The notes under the pieces were generated by a model, which was given only the letters and a program-made list of their open reading frames with translations, was not told the origin of the DNA and did not search any database. 64,000 nt of DNA from Acidobacteriota bacterium (GTDB lineage Bacteria > Acidobacteriota > Terriglobia > Terriglobales > SCQP01): NCBI GenBank assembly GCA_027315185.1, contig DAHUYO010000007.1, positions 1,725-65,724 of the forward strand, written 5' to 3'. A program made the position numbers and the translations under genes. This document shows, piece after piece, positions 8,314 through 16,702 of this stretch; the stretch's first letter is position 1; every line of letters begins with the position of its first letter.

Positions 8314-9630
8314 ATGCCCACACTAGCCCAGAATGGCGGCGCCCGCGCCGTGCCCGCGAATGCGGCCAAGACCTATTGGCCGGTGGTCACGCCGGAGGAC
8401 AAGCGCGCCGTGGCCGCGGTGCTGGACCGCAACGTGTTGTGGGCGATGACGACGCTGGAAGGGCTGCGGTGCCCGGAGCAGGATGCGCTGGAGCGCGAGT
8501 TCGCGGCCTTCCTGGGAGCGCGGCACGCGATCGCGGTGAACGGCGGCACGGCCGGCCTGCATATGGCATTGGTGGCCAGCGGGGTGCAGGCGGGCGACGA
8601 GGTGATCACCAGCGCGTATTCCTTCCTGGCGACGCCGGCGGCGATCTTGCACGCGGGCGCGATTCCGGTGTTCGTGGATATTGACCCGCGGACCTTCAAT
8701 TTGGATCCGGGCAAGATCGAGGCCAAGATCACGCCCCGCACGCGGGCCATCCTGCCGGTGGACATTCACGGGCTGTGCGCGGATTACGACGCCATCGAGG
8801 CCATCGCCAAACGGCATGGCCTGCTGGTGGTGGAGGACGCCTGCCAGGCGCCAGGAGCGACGTATCACGGCCGCGGAGCGGGGCGGCTGGGCCGGGCGGC
8901 CGGCTTCAGCGTCAACGGGACCAAGAACTTCTCCGTGGGCGAAGGCGGCTTCATGGTCACCGACGACGACGAGGTGTACTACCGGGGCAATTGGCTGAAG
9001 CAGGTAGGCGAAACGTTACCGGCGGACGATCCCACCATGCGGCAGCAACACTTGCTGGCGTGGAACTACCGGGTGCAGGAGATGCCCTGCGCGCTGGCGC
9101 GCGTGCAGCTGCGCCGCCTGGCTGAGGTGAATGAACGGGGACGGCGCAACGCGGCGATTCTGGATGGATATCTCAAAGACATCCCGGGCCTGCGGGCGCC
9201 GTACATTCCCGCGGGTTGCGTTTCCGTGTATCACAAATACCGGGTGACGCTGGAGCCGGAGGCGTTGGACACGCCGCAGCGCGGACAAGCGCTGCGCGAC
9301 GCGTTCATGGCGGCCTTGACCGCGGAAGGCGTGGACGTGGACCTGTGGGGTACGGCGCCGCTGCCGGCGCATCCGATGATCCGCGCCCGCCACGGCTTTG
9401 GCCGGGGCCTGCCCTGGAGCTTGCATCCGGAGGTGGACTATAGCGACAGCGCCGAGCAATACCCGGTCACGCAGCGCATGTTCGCCGAGTCCTTTTGCCT
9501 CAGCAACGATGAGTATCCGATCTTCGCCCAGAGTGAGAGCCTCATGCACGCCTACGGCGAAGCCTTGCGCAAGGTCGCCCGGCATGCGGGCGAGTTGCAC
9601 GCCGCGGCGGCCTGGCAAACCGCGACCTAG
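8314..9630 (+). CDS. DegT/DnrJ/EryC1/StrS family PLP aminotransferase
   Basis: 'NGGTAGLH', 'GDEVI', 'VEDACQAPGA', PLP Lys in 'FSVNGTKNFSVGEGG', 'WNYR'. Confidence 0.9.
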   Translation: MPTLAQNGGARAVPANAAKTYWPVVTPEDKRAVAAVLDRNVLWAMTTLEGLRCPEQDALEREFAAFLGARHAIAVNGGTAGLHMALVASGVQAGDEVITSAYSFLATPAAILHAGAIPVFVDIDPRTFNLDPGKIEAKITPRTRAILPVDIHGLCADYDAIEAIAKRHGLLVVEDACQAPGATYHGRGAGRLGRAAGFSVNGTKNFSVGEGGFMVTDDDEVYYRGNWLKQVGETLPADDPTMRQQHLLAWNYRVQEMPCALARVQLRRLAEVNERGRRNAAILDGYLKDIPGLRAPYIPAGCVSVYHKYRVTLEPEALDTPQRGQALRDAFMAALTAEGVDVDLWGTAPLPAHPMIRARHGFGRGLPWSLHPEVDYSDSAEQYPVTQRMFAESFCLSNDEYPIFAQSESLMHAYGEALRKVARHAGELHAAAAWQTAT

Positions 9631-9727
9631 GCCGGCAGCATACGGTGCGGCCGCGGCGGGACCGGGCCGGCGCCGGGAATTGCAACGCCGCGGGCCAGGG
9701 CTTCATCTCCTTATTAGGAGTATCGCC

Positions 9728-10771
9728 ATGGCCAGTCCCGCCCGCGTGCCCTTGAACCCGCAGCGGCGTGGACCGCAGGCCGAACGGCTGTACGCCGCGC
9801 TGCAAAAGCGCATCGTGGGCCAAGATGCCGCCCTGGGTCCGGTGGTGGACGCCGTACAAACGTTTTTGGCGGGAATGCAGGCGCAAACCCGGCCGGTGGC
9901 CAACTTTTTATTTTTGGGGCCAACGGGAACGGGCAAAACGCACGTGGTGGAGTCGCTCGCCGCCGCGCTGTTTCAACACCCACGGGCGGCGATCAAGGTG
10001 GACTGCGGAGAATTCCAGCACGGCCATGAGATCGCCAAGCTGATTGGCTCGCCGCCGGGATACCTGGGACACCGCGAAACGCATCCGGTGTTGACGCAAG
10101 AAGCGCTGAACCAGCACCACGCGGCGGAAATGCCGCTTTCGCTGGTGCTGTTCGATGAAATCGAAAAGGCCTCCGATGCGCTGTGGCAGTTGCTGCTGGG
10201 GATTTTGGATAAGGCGACACTGACGCTGGGCGACAATCGCCGCACCTCGTTCGCCCAAGCCTTGATCTTCATGACCAGCAACCTGGGAGCGGCGGAGATG
10301 AGCCAATTGCTGACACCCGGACTGGGCTTCGCGCCGCCGGGACGGGGCGACCTGGAACGGCGGCTGGCGACGGTGGCGACCGAGGCGGCGCGGCGAAAAT
10401 TTTCTCCGGAGTTCTTTAACCGGCTCGATTCGGTGGTGGTGTTCCATCCCTTGGACGGCGGGCAGCTGGAACGAGTGCTGGATTTGGAACTGGAGTGGGT
10501 ACGGGAACGGCTGGGCCACGCGGGCTCGCCGGCGGCGTTCCCCTTTCGCTGCACCGCGGCGGCCAGGGAGCTGCTATTGCGCGATGGCGCCGACCGCAAA
10601 TACGGGGCGCGGCATTTGAAACGGGCGATCGAGCGGTTGCTGGTGCATCCGCTGGCGAATTTGATCGCCACGCGGCAGGTTTTGCCGCAGGACGTGCTGG
10701 TCGTGGATGTGGATGAGACGCGGACGGCGCTGGCCTTTGCACGGGAGCAGGCCGCGCGGCAGCGCGGGTAA
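9728..10771 (+). CDS. Single-domain ClpA/ClpB/ClpC-type AAA+ ATPase (NBD2 only)
   Basis: 'IVGQD', Walker A GPTGTGKT, pore loop 'LIGSPPGYLG', Walker B 'LFDEIEKA', 'MTSN', 'PEFFNRLD', 'YGARHLKR'; SD TAGGAG. Confidence 0.88.
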   Translation: MASPARVPLNPQRRGPQAERLYAALQKRIVGQDAALGPVVDAVQTFLAGMQAQTRPVANFLFLGPTGTGKTHVVESLAAALFQHPRAAIKVDCGEFQHGHEIAKLIGSPPGYLGHRETHPVLTQEALNQHHAAEMPLSLVLFDEIEKASDALWQLLLGILDKATLTLGDNRRTSFAQALIFMTSNLGAAEMSQLLTPGLGFAPPGRGDLERRLATVATEAARRKFSPEFFNRLDSVVVFHPLDGGQLERVLDLELEWVRERLGHAGSPAAFPFRCTAAARELLLRDGADRKYGARHLKRAIERLLVHPLANLIATRQVLPQDVLVVDVDETRTALAFAREQAARQRG

Positions 10772-10783
10772 GGCATCCGCGGC

Positions 10784-12709
10784 TTACTGGATTGGGATGT
10801 AGGTGACCGCGCCGGCGGCGTTCACTTGGTTGCTATCGGCAGGGCTGGATGGCGCCGAAGCCTGCTCCATGGCGGCGAGGTCCACGCGGGCCAAATACTT
10901 GCCATCGCCGCGCAGCGCCAAGCCATAGATGGTGCTGTTGAGACCGATCATGACCGTTTCGGCTTGCGGGGCGGTGGCATTGGACCAATCCACGCCATCC
11001 GGTCCGGCGCCGAGCTGCGCCCAGCGAATGGCGGCCGGCGCCGCCGGGGAGCCGGCGAAGGGGGCGCTGGGCAGGGTCGCCACCGCCAGACAGCCGCCGG
11101 AGTTGCCCAACCACGCCAAATGGCTGCTGGGCTCCAATTGCGCGGCGCGCCAGCCTCCGCTACAGGCGCTGGTGACGCTGAACTGGGCCGCCGGGGCGGT
11201 GATGCTGCCGCCGGACGCGGTGGCGGCGTTAAAGTTAATGGCCGTGTATTCGCCGCTGGCGGCATCGGCCAGCAGACCGAGCGAAGTGCTGGGATCAAAG
11301 GCGGCAGCGGTCAATTCCGACCCCAAAGTGAACCCAGCGGTGCTGGGCAGGGAATACGACTGGACGGCGCCGGTGGCGAGATTGATGACATTGAGGCCGG
11401 AGCCGCTGGAGGTGAAGTACGGAGCGAAGATGCGCTGGGTGGCGGAGTCGTAGGCGAAGTTTTCCGCCGCGGGAGCGGCGATGGGGGTGGAGGCGGCGCC
11501 GGTGGCGAGATTCAGGGTCAGATAGCCGGACGCGGTGTCGAGAATCGCCTCATTGCGGCTGGCGTCCACCACGGCGCCGCAGACGCCGCAGGTGAAGCCG
11601 TCACTGAAGGTCGTGGTGGCGCTGTTCGGGATGGCGTAGGTATTGGTGACGGTGTCGTTGGTTGCGTCCACCAGCACCAAGCTGTTGGTAGTGGCGCTGG
11701 TGACCGCGACGGTGTTGGTCTGGGGGTCAGCCGCCGCCGCGGTAGGAGCGAAGCCGCTGGGCATGGCGATGTCCACCGGCGTTCCACCGCTGCTCAGTTG
11801 CTGTCCGGTGTCGCCGTTGACCACCGCGACATGGTTGGCGCCGGCCAGGGGCACATAGACCTTATTGGCGAGAATGGGCGCGCCGCTGGAGTTGGCGCCG
11901 ACGGATTCGATCAGATCCGCCAATGCGGACGAGGCCGCGGGGCTGTCCGGTTCCACCACGACGTTCACCGGATTGGCGGGCGTGCTGTTGGGGCTGGTGA
12001 TTCCGATCTGAGTCAAACCGGCGGCGTTCACCGTGACCGGGACGGTTAACGACTGGAAGGGCGCGGTAGCGCCGGTGGGGGCGACGACCGCGCCGGCGGC
12101 GCCGCTGCTGATGGTGGCGACGGAATTGGAATATAGGAACTGGCCGTGCAACGTAAGGGTATAGCTGTTGCCCTGGACCATGGCCGGAACCGATTGCGGA
12201 TTGCTGCCGCTGGTCTGCAGCGTGACCGAGGTCAGCACCGGCGCCGGGGTGGTCAGTTGCACCTGGGCTTGGGCGTGCGCCGAACTCAAAGCCTGGGCGC
12301 TGACGGTGACGACAAAGATGTCGTGGGCCGGTGGGAGGGCAGGCGCGGTGTAAAGACCGGTGGAATCAATGGTGCCGTAGGGTGCAGAGCCGTCCGGCTC
12401 CTTGCCGCCAGGCAGGTCGTTGCCGCTCACCGGGTCCACGATGGACCAACTGACTTTGTGATCGGGGCTGTAGTAGACCGCAGCCTTAAACTGTTGCGTT
12501 CCCGGCGAAATCTTCCCGCTGCTGTCCTCGGTGGCCAACGGAATGACCACGGGACCAAACCCGATCGGGCCAGCGGAGGGGTTTATGGTCACCGAGGGTT
12601 GGGGCGGCGGAATATAGTAATTCTGGCATCCGGCCAACAGCGCCGCGAACGCCAAGGTGGACAGGCAAAGGAGAAGTGGGCGCGGACGCGGAAAGGGCAA
12701 AAGCACCAT
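10784..12709 (-). CDS. Ser/Thr/Ala-rich lipoprotein with Ig-like and probable beta-propeller domains
   Basis: Lipobox 'LLAGC'; 'GTIDSTGLYTAP' Ig-like motif; propeller-like blades (VYV..., AAADP..., FAYD..., AAFDP...). Confidence 0.7.
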   Translation of the reverse strand: MVLLPFPRPRPLLLCLSTLAFAALLAGCQNYYIPPPQPSVTINPSAGPIGFGPVVIPLATEDSSGKISPGTQQFKAAVYYSPDHKVSWSIVDPVSGNDLPGGKEPDGSAPYGTIDSTGLYTAPALPPAHDIFVVTVSAQALSSAHAQAQVQLTTPAPVLTSVTLQTSGSNPQSVPAMVQGNSYTLTLHGQFLYSNSVATISSGAAGAVVAPTGATAPFQSLTVPVTVNAAGLTQIGITSPNSTPANPVNVVVEPDSPAASSALADLIESVGANSSGAPILANKVYVPLAGANHVAVVNGDTGQQLSSGGTPVDIAMPSGFAPTAAAADPQTNTVAVTSATTNSLVLVDATNDTVTNTYAIPNSATTTFSDGFTCGVCGAVVDASRNEAILDTASGYLTLNLATGAASTPIAAPAAENFAYDSATQRIFAPYFTSSGSGLNVINLATGAVQSYSLPSTAGFTLGSELTAAAFDPSTSLGLLADAASGEYTAINFNAATASGGSITAPAAQFSVTSACSGGWRAAQLEPSSHLAWLGNSGGCLAVATLPSAPFAGSPAAPAAIRWAQLGAGPDGVDWSNATAPQAETVMIGLNSTIYGLALRGDGKYLARVDLAAMEQASAPSSPADSNQVNAAGAVTYIPIQ

Positions 12710-12767
12710 CCAGGCTGGATTTTGCGGCGCCGCCCCTGATTCCCGGGCGGCCCAGCGGGTAAAAGGG

Positions 12768-12773
12768 ATTATA
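12768..12773 (-). promoter_or_regulatory. -10 element (TATAAT) upstream of lipoprotein gene
   Basis: Perfect TATAAT on minus strand about 60 nt upstream of the start, in a locally AT-rich patch. Confidence 0.45.
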
Positions 12774-12953
12774 CAAGAGGGCTGGGCAACAAGGCAGAGG
12801 GCAAATGCCGGAGTTGTGGGCTAAAAAGCGCAATCACGGCATTGGAGGCGAACCCGCCTTCCCAAAGGGGCGAATGCGGGGCGGCTTTGCTGGTCGGGTG
12901 GGATGCTGCCCGGCGCAACGCGCCGCGGCGACAGGCCTGGTTCGCCGGGCTCG

Positions 12954-13490
12954 CTAGGCGGCGCGGCGGCGGCGCGGCGCTTCGCTGGCCGCGTCCTCGG
13001 CCATGCCCTCGGTCCAGTGCAGCTTACTCGCCTTCAGCAGTTCCAGCACGAGCTTGGCGGTTTCCTGCTCTTCACGCAGAGTTTCCCGCAGCAGGCGGGC
13101 CGCATCCCGATGGCCCATTTGCTGCGCCAAAAAGCTGAGGGTCTCGTAGGCGGAGGTTTCGTAGCGCTCGATTTGCAGGGCCGCGAGCAGGGTGTTGAGA
13201 TCGCGCAATTCGGGATTGAGGCCCTCGACCACGGCGCTGTGCTTCTCCGCCATCAACCCGTCCAAGCCGGGGCAAGCCGTTTCCCGGGACTCGGCGCCGA
13301 TGGCATGAAAGACCGCCTCCAAGCGTTGGAGATGACCTTCGGTCTGCTTGCGGTGGCGCGCGAAGGCGCGCTTGGCGTCGCCGCGTTGGGTGTCGCGCTC
13401 GGCGTCGGAGAGGACGGCGAGCAGCTGTTTTTCGGTGCTTTGGAGATGCTGAAGTTGATGGATCAAGAACTCATGCGCGGTTTGCATCAT
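12954..13490 (-). CDS. YciF/DUF892 ferritin-like stress protein
   Basis: 'TEKQL', 'HRKQTEGHLQRLEAVF', 'CPGLDGL', 'QIERYETSAYETL', 'TLREEQET'; SD GGAGG. Confidence 0.85.
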   Translation of the reverse strand: MMQTAHEFLIHQLQHLQSTEKQLLAVLSDAERDTQRGDAKRAFARHRKQTEGHLQRLEAVFHAIGAESRETACPGLDGLMAEKHSAVVEGLNPELRDLNTLLAALQIERYETSAYETLSFLAQQMGHRDAARLLRETLREEQETAKLVLELLKASKLHWTEGMAEDAASEAPRRRRAA

Positions 13491-13552
13491 CGCCCTCCAG
13501 GCATGGCGGCCAGCGAGGTTGGATGCGCCGGCCCGGGGCCGCGGCCACGCGC

Positions 13553-14869
13553 TTAGCGGCCGGAAGCCAGGGTTGGCGGCCGAAGGTGAAGCACGGCGTC
13601 GGCGGGCAGCGGCAGCGCCTGTAGGGCACCCAGCCAACGACGGCAGCGGGCGGCGAAAGCGGCCCGGGCGGAGGCCGGAACCGGCGCCGCCGGGGGCAGC
13701 TTGCGCCGCAGCTGCTGGAAGTTTTCGAAGCGCCCGAAATGGGTGATGCGGAAATCCAAGTGCGGCCCGGTAGCCATGCCGGTCATGCCTACCCGGCCGA
13801 TGGTTTGGCCCTGGCGGACGCGCTGGCCCACGTGCACCAGAATCTTCGAAAGGTGCAGATAGAGCGTCTGATAGCCGCTGGCGTGACGCAGCCTAATCAT
13901 ATTGCCGCCTTCACCATCCCAACCGGCAAAGATGACGCGGCCATTGCCGAGGGCTTGCACTGGGGTGCCCATCGGGGCGCCGTAATCCACGCCCAAATGC
14001 GGACGCCAGATCTTCAAAATGGGATGGAAGCGGTCGTAGCTAAACGGGCTGGTGACCCGTAGGCGGACAAACTTCAGCGGCGAGCGCAAGAACTCCCGCC
14101 GCAGCGGCCGGCCGTCGGGACGGTAATAGGCGGGCAGGCCGGCGGCATCGGTAAAGCGCACGGCGCGATAGGCGTGGCCCGCGTTCACGTACTCCGCGGC
14201 GAGGATGGGGCCATAGCCGCCAAAGTGGCCATGGCGGAGGCGTTTCTCCACGAGCACGCGGAAAGTGTCACCGGGGCGGGTATCGGTGTAGAAATCAAGG
14301 TCCCAGCCGAAGATTTGCGCTAACTGAAGGGCCAGAACGTCGCGCTCGCCGGCGGTTTCCACGGCGGCGAACAACGAATGGCGCACCGTGCTGCTGACGC
14401 CGACCAACTCGGTTTGGAAATGCAGGCGGCGCAGCTGGGCATTCCAATCGCTGGCGGGAGCGCCCGCGGCACGGGTCAGCACCAGGGCGTGCCGGCGGTC
14501 CACGCGATAGCGCAGCCGGCGCGGGGCGCCACTCGGGGCGGTCCAGAGAGTCAAGCGGCGCCCGGCGCGGATGTGACCCACGTCAAACACCGGACGGGCG
14601 GCGGCGGCCATGGCGCGGGCTTCGGCGTTGGGCAGGCTCCAAGTGGAGTGCAGGAACGCTACCCAGGTGGCGCCGGGACGCAGGGAGGCCTGATGCCGTA
14701 TCTCGGCTGGGGGCTGGGGGTGGAGAGCGTGGGTTGCAGAGCGGGAAGGCGTCGCCGCTTCGGTATGGCAGGCGGCGCCAGCCAAGGCCAAAGCCAAGGC
14801 CAGGGCCAGGGAAATCGAGTCGGTACGAGCGGCTGGCCGCAGGCGGGGCGTGAGTCGCATCCAGCGCAC
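13553..14869 (-). CDS. M23 family peptidoglycan endopeptidase (MepM-like)
   Basis: Signal or lipoprotein N-terminus; 'WRPHLGVDYGAP' HxxxD, 'YLHLS', 'TGPHLDF' variant HxH. Confidence 0.88.
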   Translation of the reverse strand: MRWMRLTPRLRPAARTDSISLALALALALAGAACHTEAATPSRSATHALHPQPPAEIRHQASLRPGATWVAFLHSTWSLPNAEARAMAAAARPVFDVGHIRAGRRLTLWTAPSGAPRRLRYRVDRRHALVLTRAAGAPASDWNAQLRRLHFQTELVGVSSTVRHSLFAAVETAGERDVLALQLAQIFGWDLDFYTDTRPGDTFRVLVEKRLRHGHFGGYGPILAAEYVNAGHAYRAVRFTDAAGLPAYYRPDGRPLRREFLRSPLKFVRLRVTSPFSYDRFHPILKIWRPHLGVDYGAPMGTPVQALGNGRVIFAGWDGEGGNMIRLRHASGYQTLYLHLSKILVHVGQRVRQGQTIGRVGMTGMATGPHLDFRITHFGRFENFQQLRRKLPPAAPVPASARAAFAARCRRWLGALQALPLPADAVLHLRPPTLASGR

Positions 14870-15029
14870 GGAGGCATTGTAGCCGCGTCGCGCCTATGCG
14901 AGCGACGGCTTTTTTACCGCAATGTCCGGCAGTACTGCCTTTCAGCCGAGCGGGGCAGTGGTGGATGGGACTGGCGGGCGCCGTTGCTTGCGGGGAGCGG
15001 AATCGCCGCCGGGCAAACGGAGGATGGGT

Positions 15030-15161
15030 TCAGGAGCGCTTCTGCGCGGCGCGCAGCGTACGGCCCATGCCCGCAATGACCAGCTTGGTGGCCAAGAAGC
15101 CAAGGGAGGTGGTAAAGCCCGCCGCCAGCACTCCCGCCGTAACTTGCAAAACGCCTGACAT
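15030..15161 (-). CDS. Putative 43-aa single-pass membrane peptide (absent from ORF track)
   Basis: Hand translation MSGVLQVTAGVLAAGFTTSLGFLATKLVIAGMGRTLRAAQKRS*; hydrophobic core with basic tail; GAAGG SD; sigma-54 promoter upstream. Confidence 0.65.
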   Translation of the reverse strand: MSGVLQVTAGVLAAGFTTSLGFLATKLVIAGMGRTLRAAQKRS

Positions 15162-15194
15162 GATGCCTTCGCCGAATTCGAACGCAATTTATTC

Positions 15195-15210
15195 AGCAAG
15201 TCGGTTGCCA
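15195..15210 (-). promoter_or_regulatory. Sigma-54 (-24/-12) promoter
   Basis: Minus strand TGGCAACCGACTTGCT matches TGGCA-N6-TTGCW with exact GG-N10-GC spacing. Confidence 0.7.
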
Positions 15211-15416
15211 TGTTGGTGCGATAGCCGACAGGGCGGAGATTTTCCGCGCCGGCTTGGCGTCCGAGCGCATGGAGCCCGAAATGGGCGGCATTGGGGCAGG
15301 CGGGTAGTGGCGCCAAGCGGGTTCTTTTTACCCGTTTCACGGCAAGGATTACCAAGCGGCTGCGGAATCCGGGGCGATCCCAGTGGCCCGGGCCGCTGGC
15401 GGATTAAAATGGTGCC

Positions 15417-16043
15417 GTGGATGCGCCGGCGACATGGGGCCCGCCGTCTGCTCCGGCGCGCTGGAGCGACTGGCTGACGCCCGCCAACCTGGTGACCGAG
15501 TTGCGCCTGCTGAGCGTGCCGGTCATCATTGCCGCCGTATTGGACAGGGCGTTCGGTTGGGCGCTGTTATTGGCCGTTGCCGCGGGGGTTAGCGATGGGC
15601 TGGATGGCTGGCTGGCGCGGCATCGCCACGCGGCGGCGGTGTCCAAGTTGGGCGAGTATCTGGATCCGATTGCCGACAAGGTGCTGCTGAGTTCGCTGTT
15701 CGTGGCCCTGGCGCTGACCGGGGCGCTGCCTTGGGTATTGACCCTGTTGGTGTTTACCCGGGATTTAACCATCGTGGGCGTGGCGTTGACGGTATATCTG
15801 CGCACCGGATTTCGCGATTTCCGGCCCACCTACCTGGGCAAGGCGAATACGGTGGCGCAGATCGCCACCGTGGCATTGGCATTGCTGAATCACTTCCATT
15901 CGGCGGCGTGGAGTTTGCGGCTGGAATGGCTGGGCTGGGGCACGGTGTTTGTCTTGGCCTATGGGTCCGGGATTCACTATGCCTTCGTCGGCGCACGCAG
16001 GTACCACGCATGGCGGGGACAGCCCCGCCGGCTCGCCGCCTAG
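15417..16043 (+). CDS. CDP-alcohol phosphatidyltransferase (PgsA/cardiolipin synthase-like)
   Basis: 'PANLVT.LR', 'SDGLDGWLAR...SKLGEYLDPIADK' signature. Confidence 0.9.
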   Translation: MDAPATWGPPSAPARWSDWLTPANLVTELRLLSVPVIIAAVLDRAFGWALLLAVAAGVSDGLDGWLARHRHAAAVSKLGEYLDPIADKVLLSSLFVALALTGALPWVLTLLVFTRDLTIVGVALTVYLRTGFRDFRPTYLGKANTVAQIATVALALLNHFHSAAWSLRLEWLGWGTVFVLAYGSGIHYAFVGARRYHAWRGQPRRLAA

Positions 16044-16053
16044 GCAGAGGCGC

Positions 16054-16082
16054 GGGGGAACCAGCCGTGGGGGAACCAGCCG
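16054..16082. repeat. Tandem direct repeat GGGGGAACCAGCCG x2 (period 15)
   Basis: Exact 14-bp copies at 16054-16067 and 16069-16082. Confidence 0.85.
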
Positions 16083-16112
16083 ATTGCGGCCGCCCGGCAT
16101 CCAACGCCGATA

Positions 16113-16391
16113 ATGGCGCCGATTCCGAGTGCGGCCGGGTCCGTTGGTGGGCGGGCGCAGGCCCGGGCCCAGGGCTCCGGGCGCAAGCTAGAGGCAGGGA
16201 TACGCGAATTCCAGCGCCAGCTGGAAGGGTTGCGAGCCGAGGGGCGGGAATGGCTGCGGCTGGGGCGGCGATTCCTGCGCCAGGTCCAGGAGCCTGGGGG
16301 CCGCCAGCACCAGATCTTGCTGTTGCTGGCGGTGGCCGCTGGCGCGGGTTGGTTAGCCGGCTTTCTGACCGGAGGGCGCCGGGAAGGGTAA
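16113..16391 (+). CDS. Small tail-anchored membrane protein (ElaB/YqjD/DUF883-like)
   Basis: Coiled helix plus C-terminal TM 'LLLLAVAAGAGWLAGFLTGGRR'. Confidence 0.55.
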   Translation: MAPIPSAAGSVGGRAQARAQGSGRKLEAGIREFQRQLEGLRAEGREWLRLGRRFLRQVQEPGGRQHQILLLLAVAAGAGWLAGFLTGGRREG

Positions 16392-16397
16392 GCGATC

Positions 16398-16610
16398 ATG
16401 AGCACGTTACCGCTTTCCAGCCAAGAACTGGCCGCGGAGATGAACCAGCAGCGGGAGGCGATCGGCGACACCGTGGACCGGCTGCGCCTGCGGCTGCGGC
16501 GGGAGTTGAACCTGCCGCGGCAGTTGGCGGAGCATTCCGGCGTGGCGCTGACGGCGGCGGCGGTACTGGGCTTCGTGGCCGGACGCCTGATGCGGCGAAT
16601 GCTAGCCTGA
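16398..16610 (+). CDS. DUF3618/YqjK-like small membrane protein
   Basis: 'EMNQQREAIGDTVDRL' coiled coil plus C-terminal TM. Confidence 0.6.
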   Translation: MSTLPLSSQELAAEMNQQREAIGDTVDRLRLRLRRELNLPRQLAEHSGVALTAAAVLGFVAGRLMRRMLA

Positions 16611-16702
16611 GGGTTCCTGCGTCGGCGCCGGCGGGAGCCGCCGCCCAGCGCGGGAGCGCTGCGTGACCGCCCGGAGGCTGCGCCCGCGGCGCGCCACCCG
16701 CG

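Noticed and set aside
14882-14916. Hairpin plus T-run on the plus strand resembling an intrinsic terminator
   Set aside because: No plus-strand gene upstream to terminate; it abuts the M23 promoter, so its role is unclear
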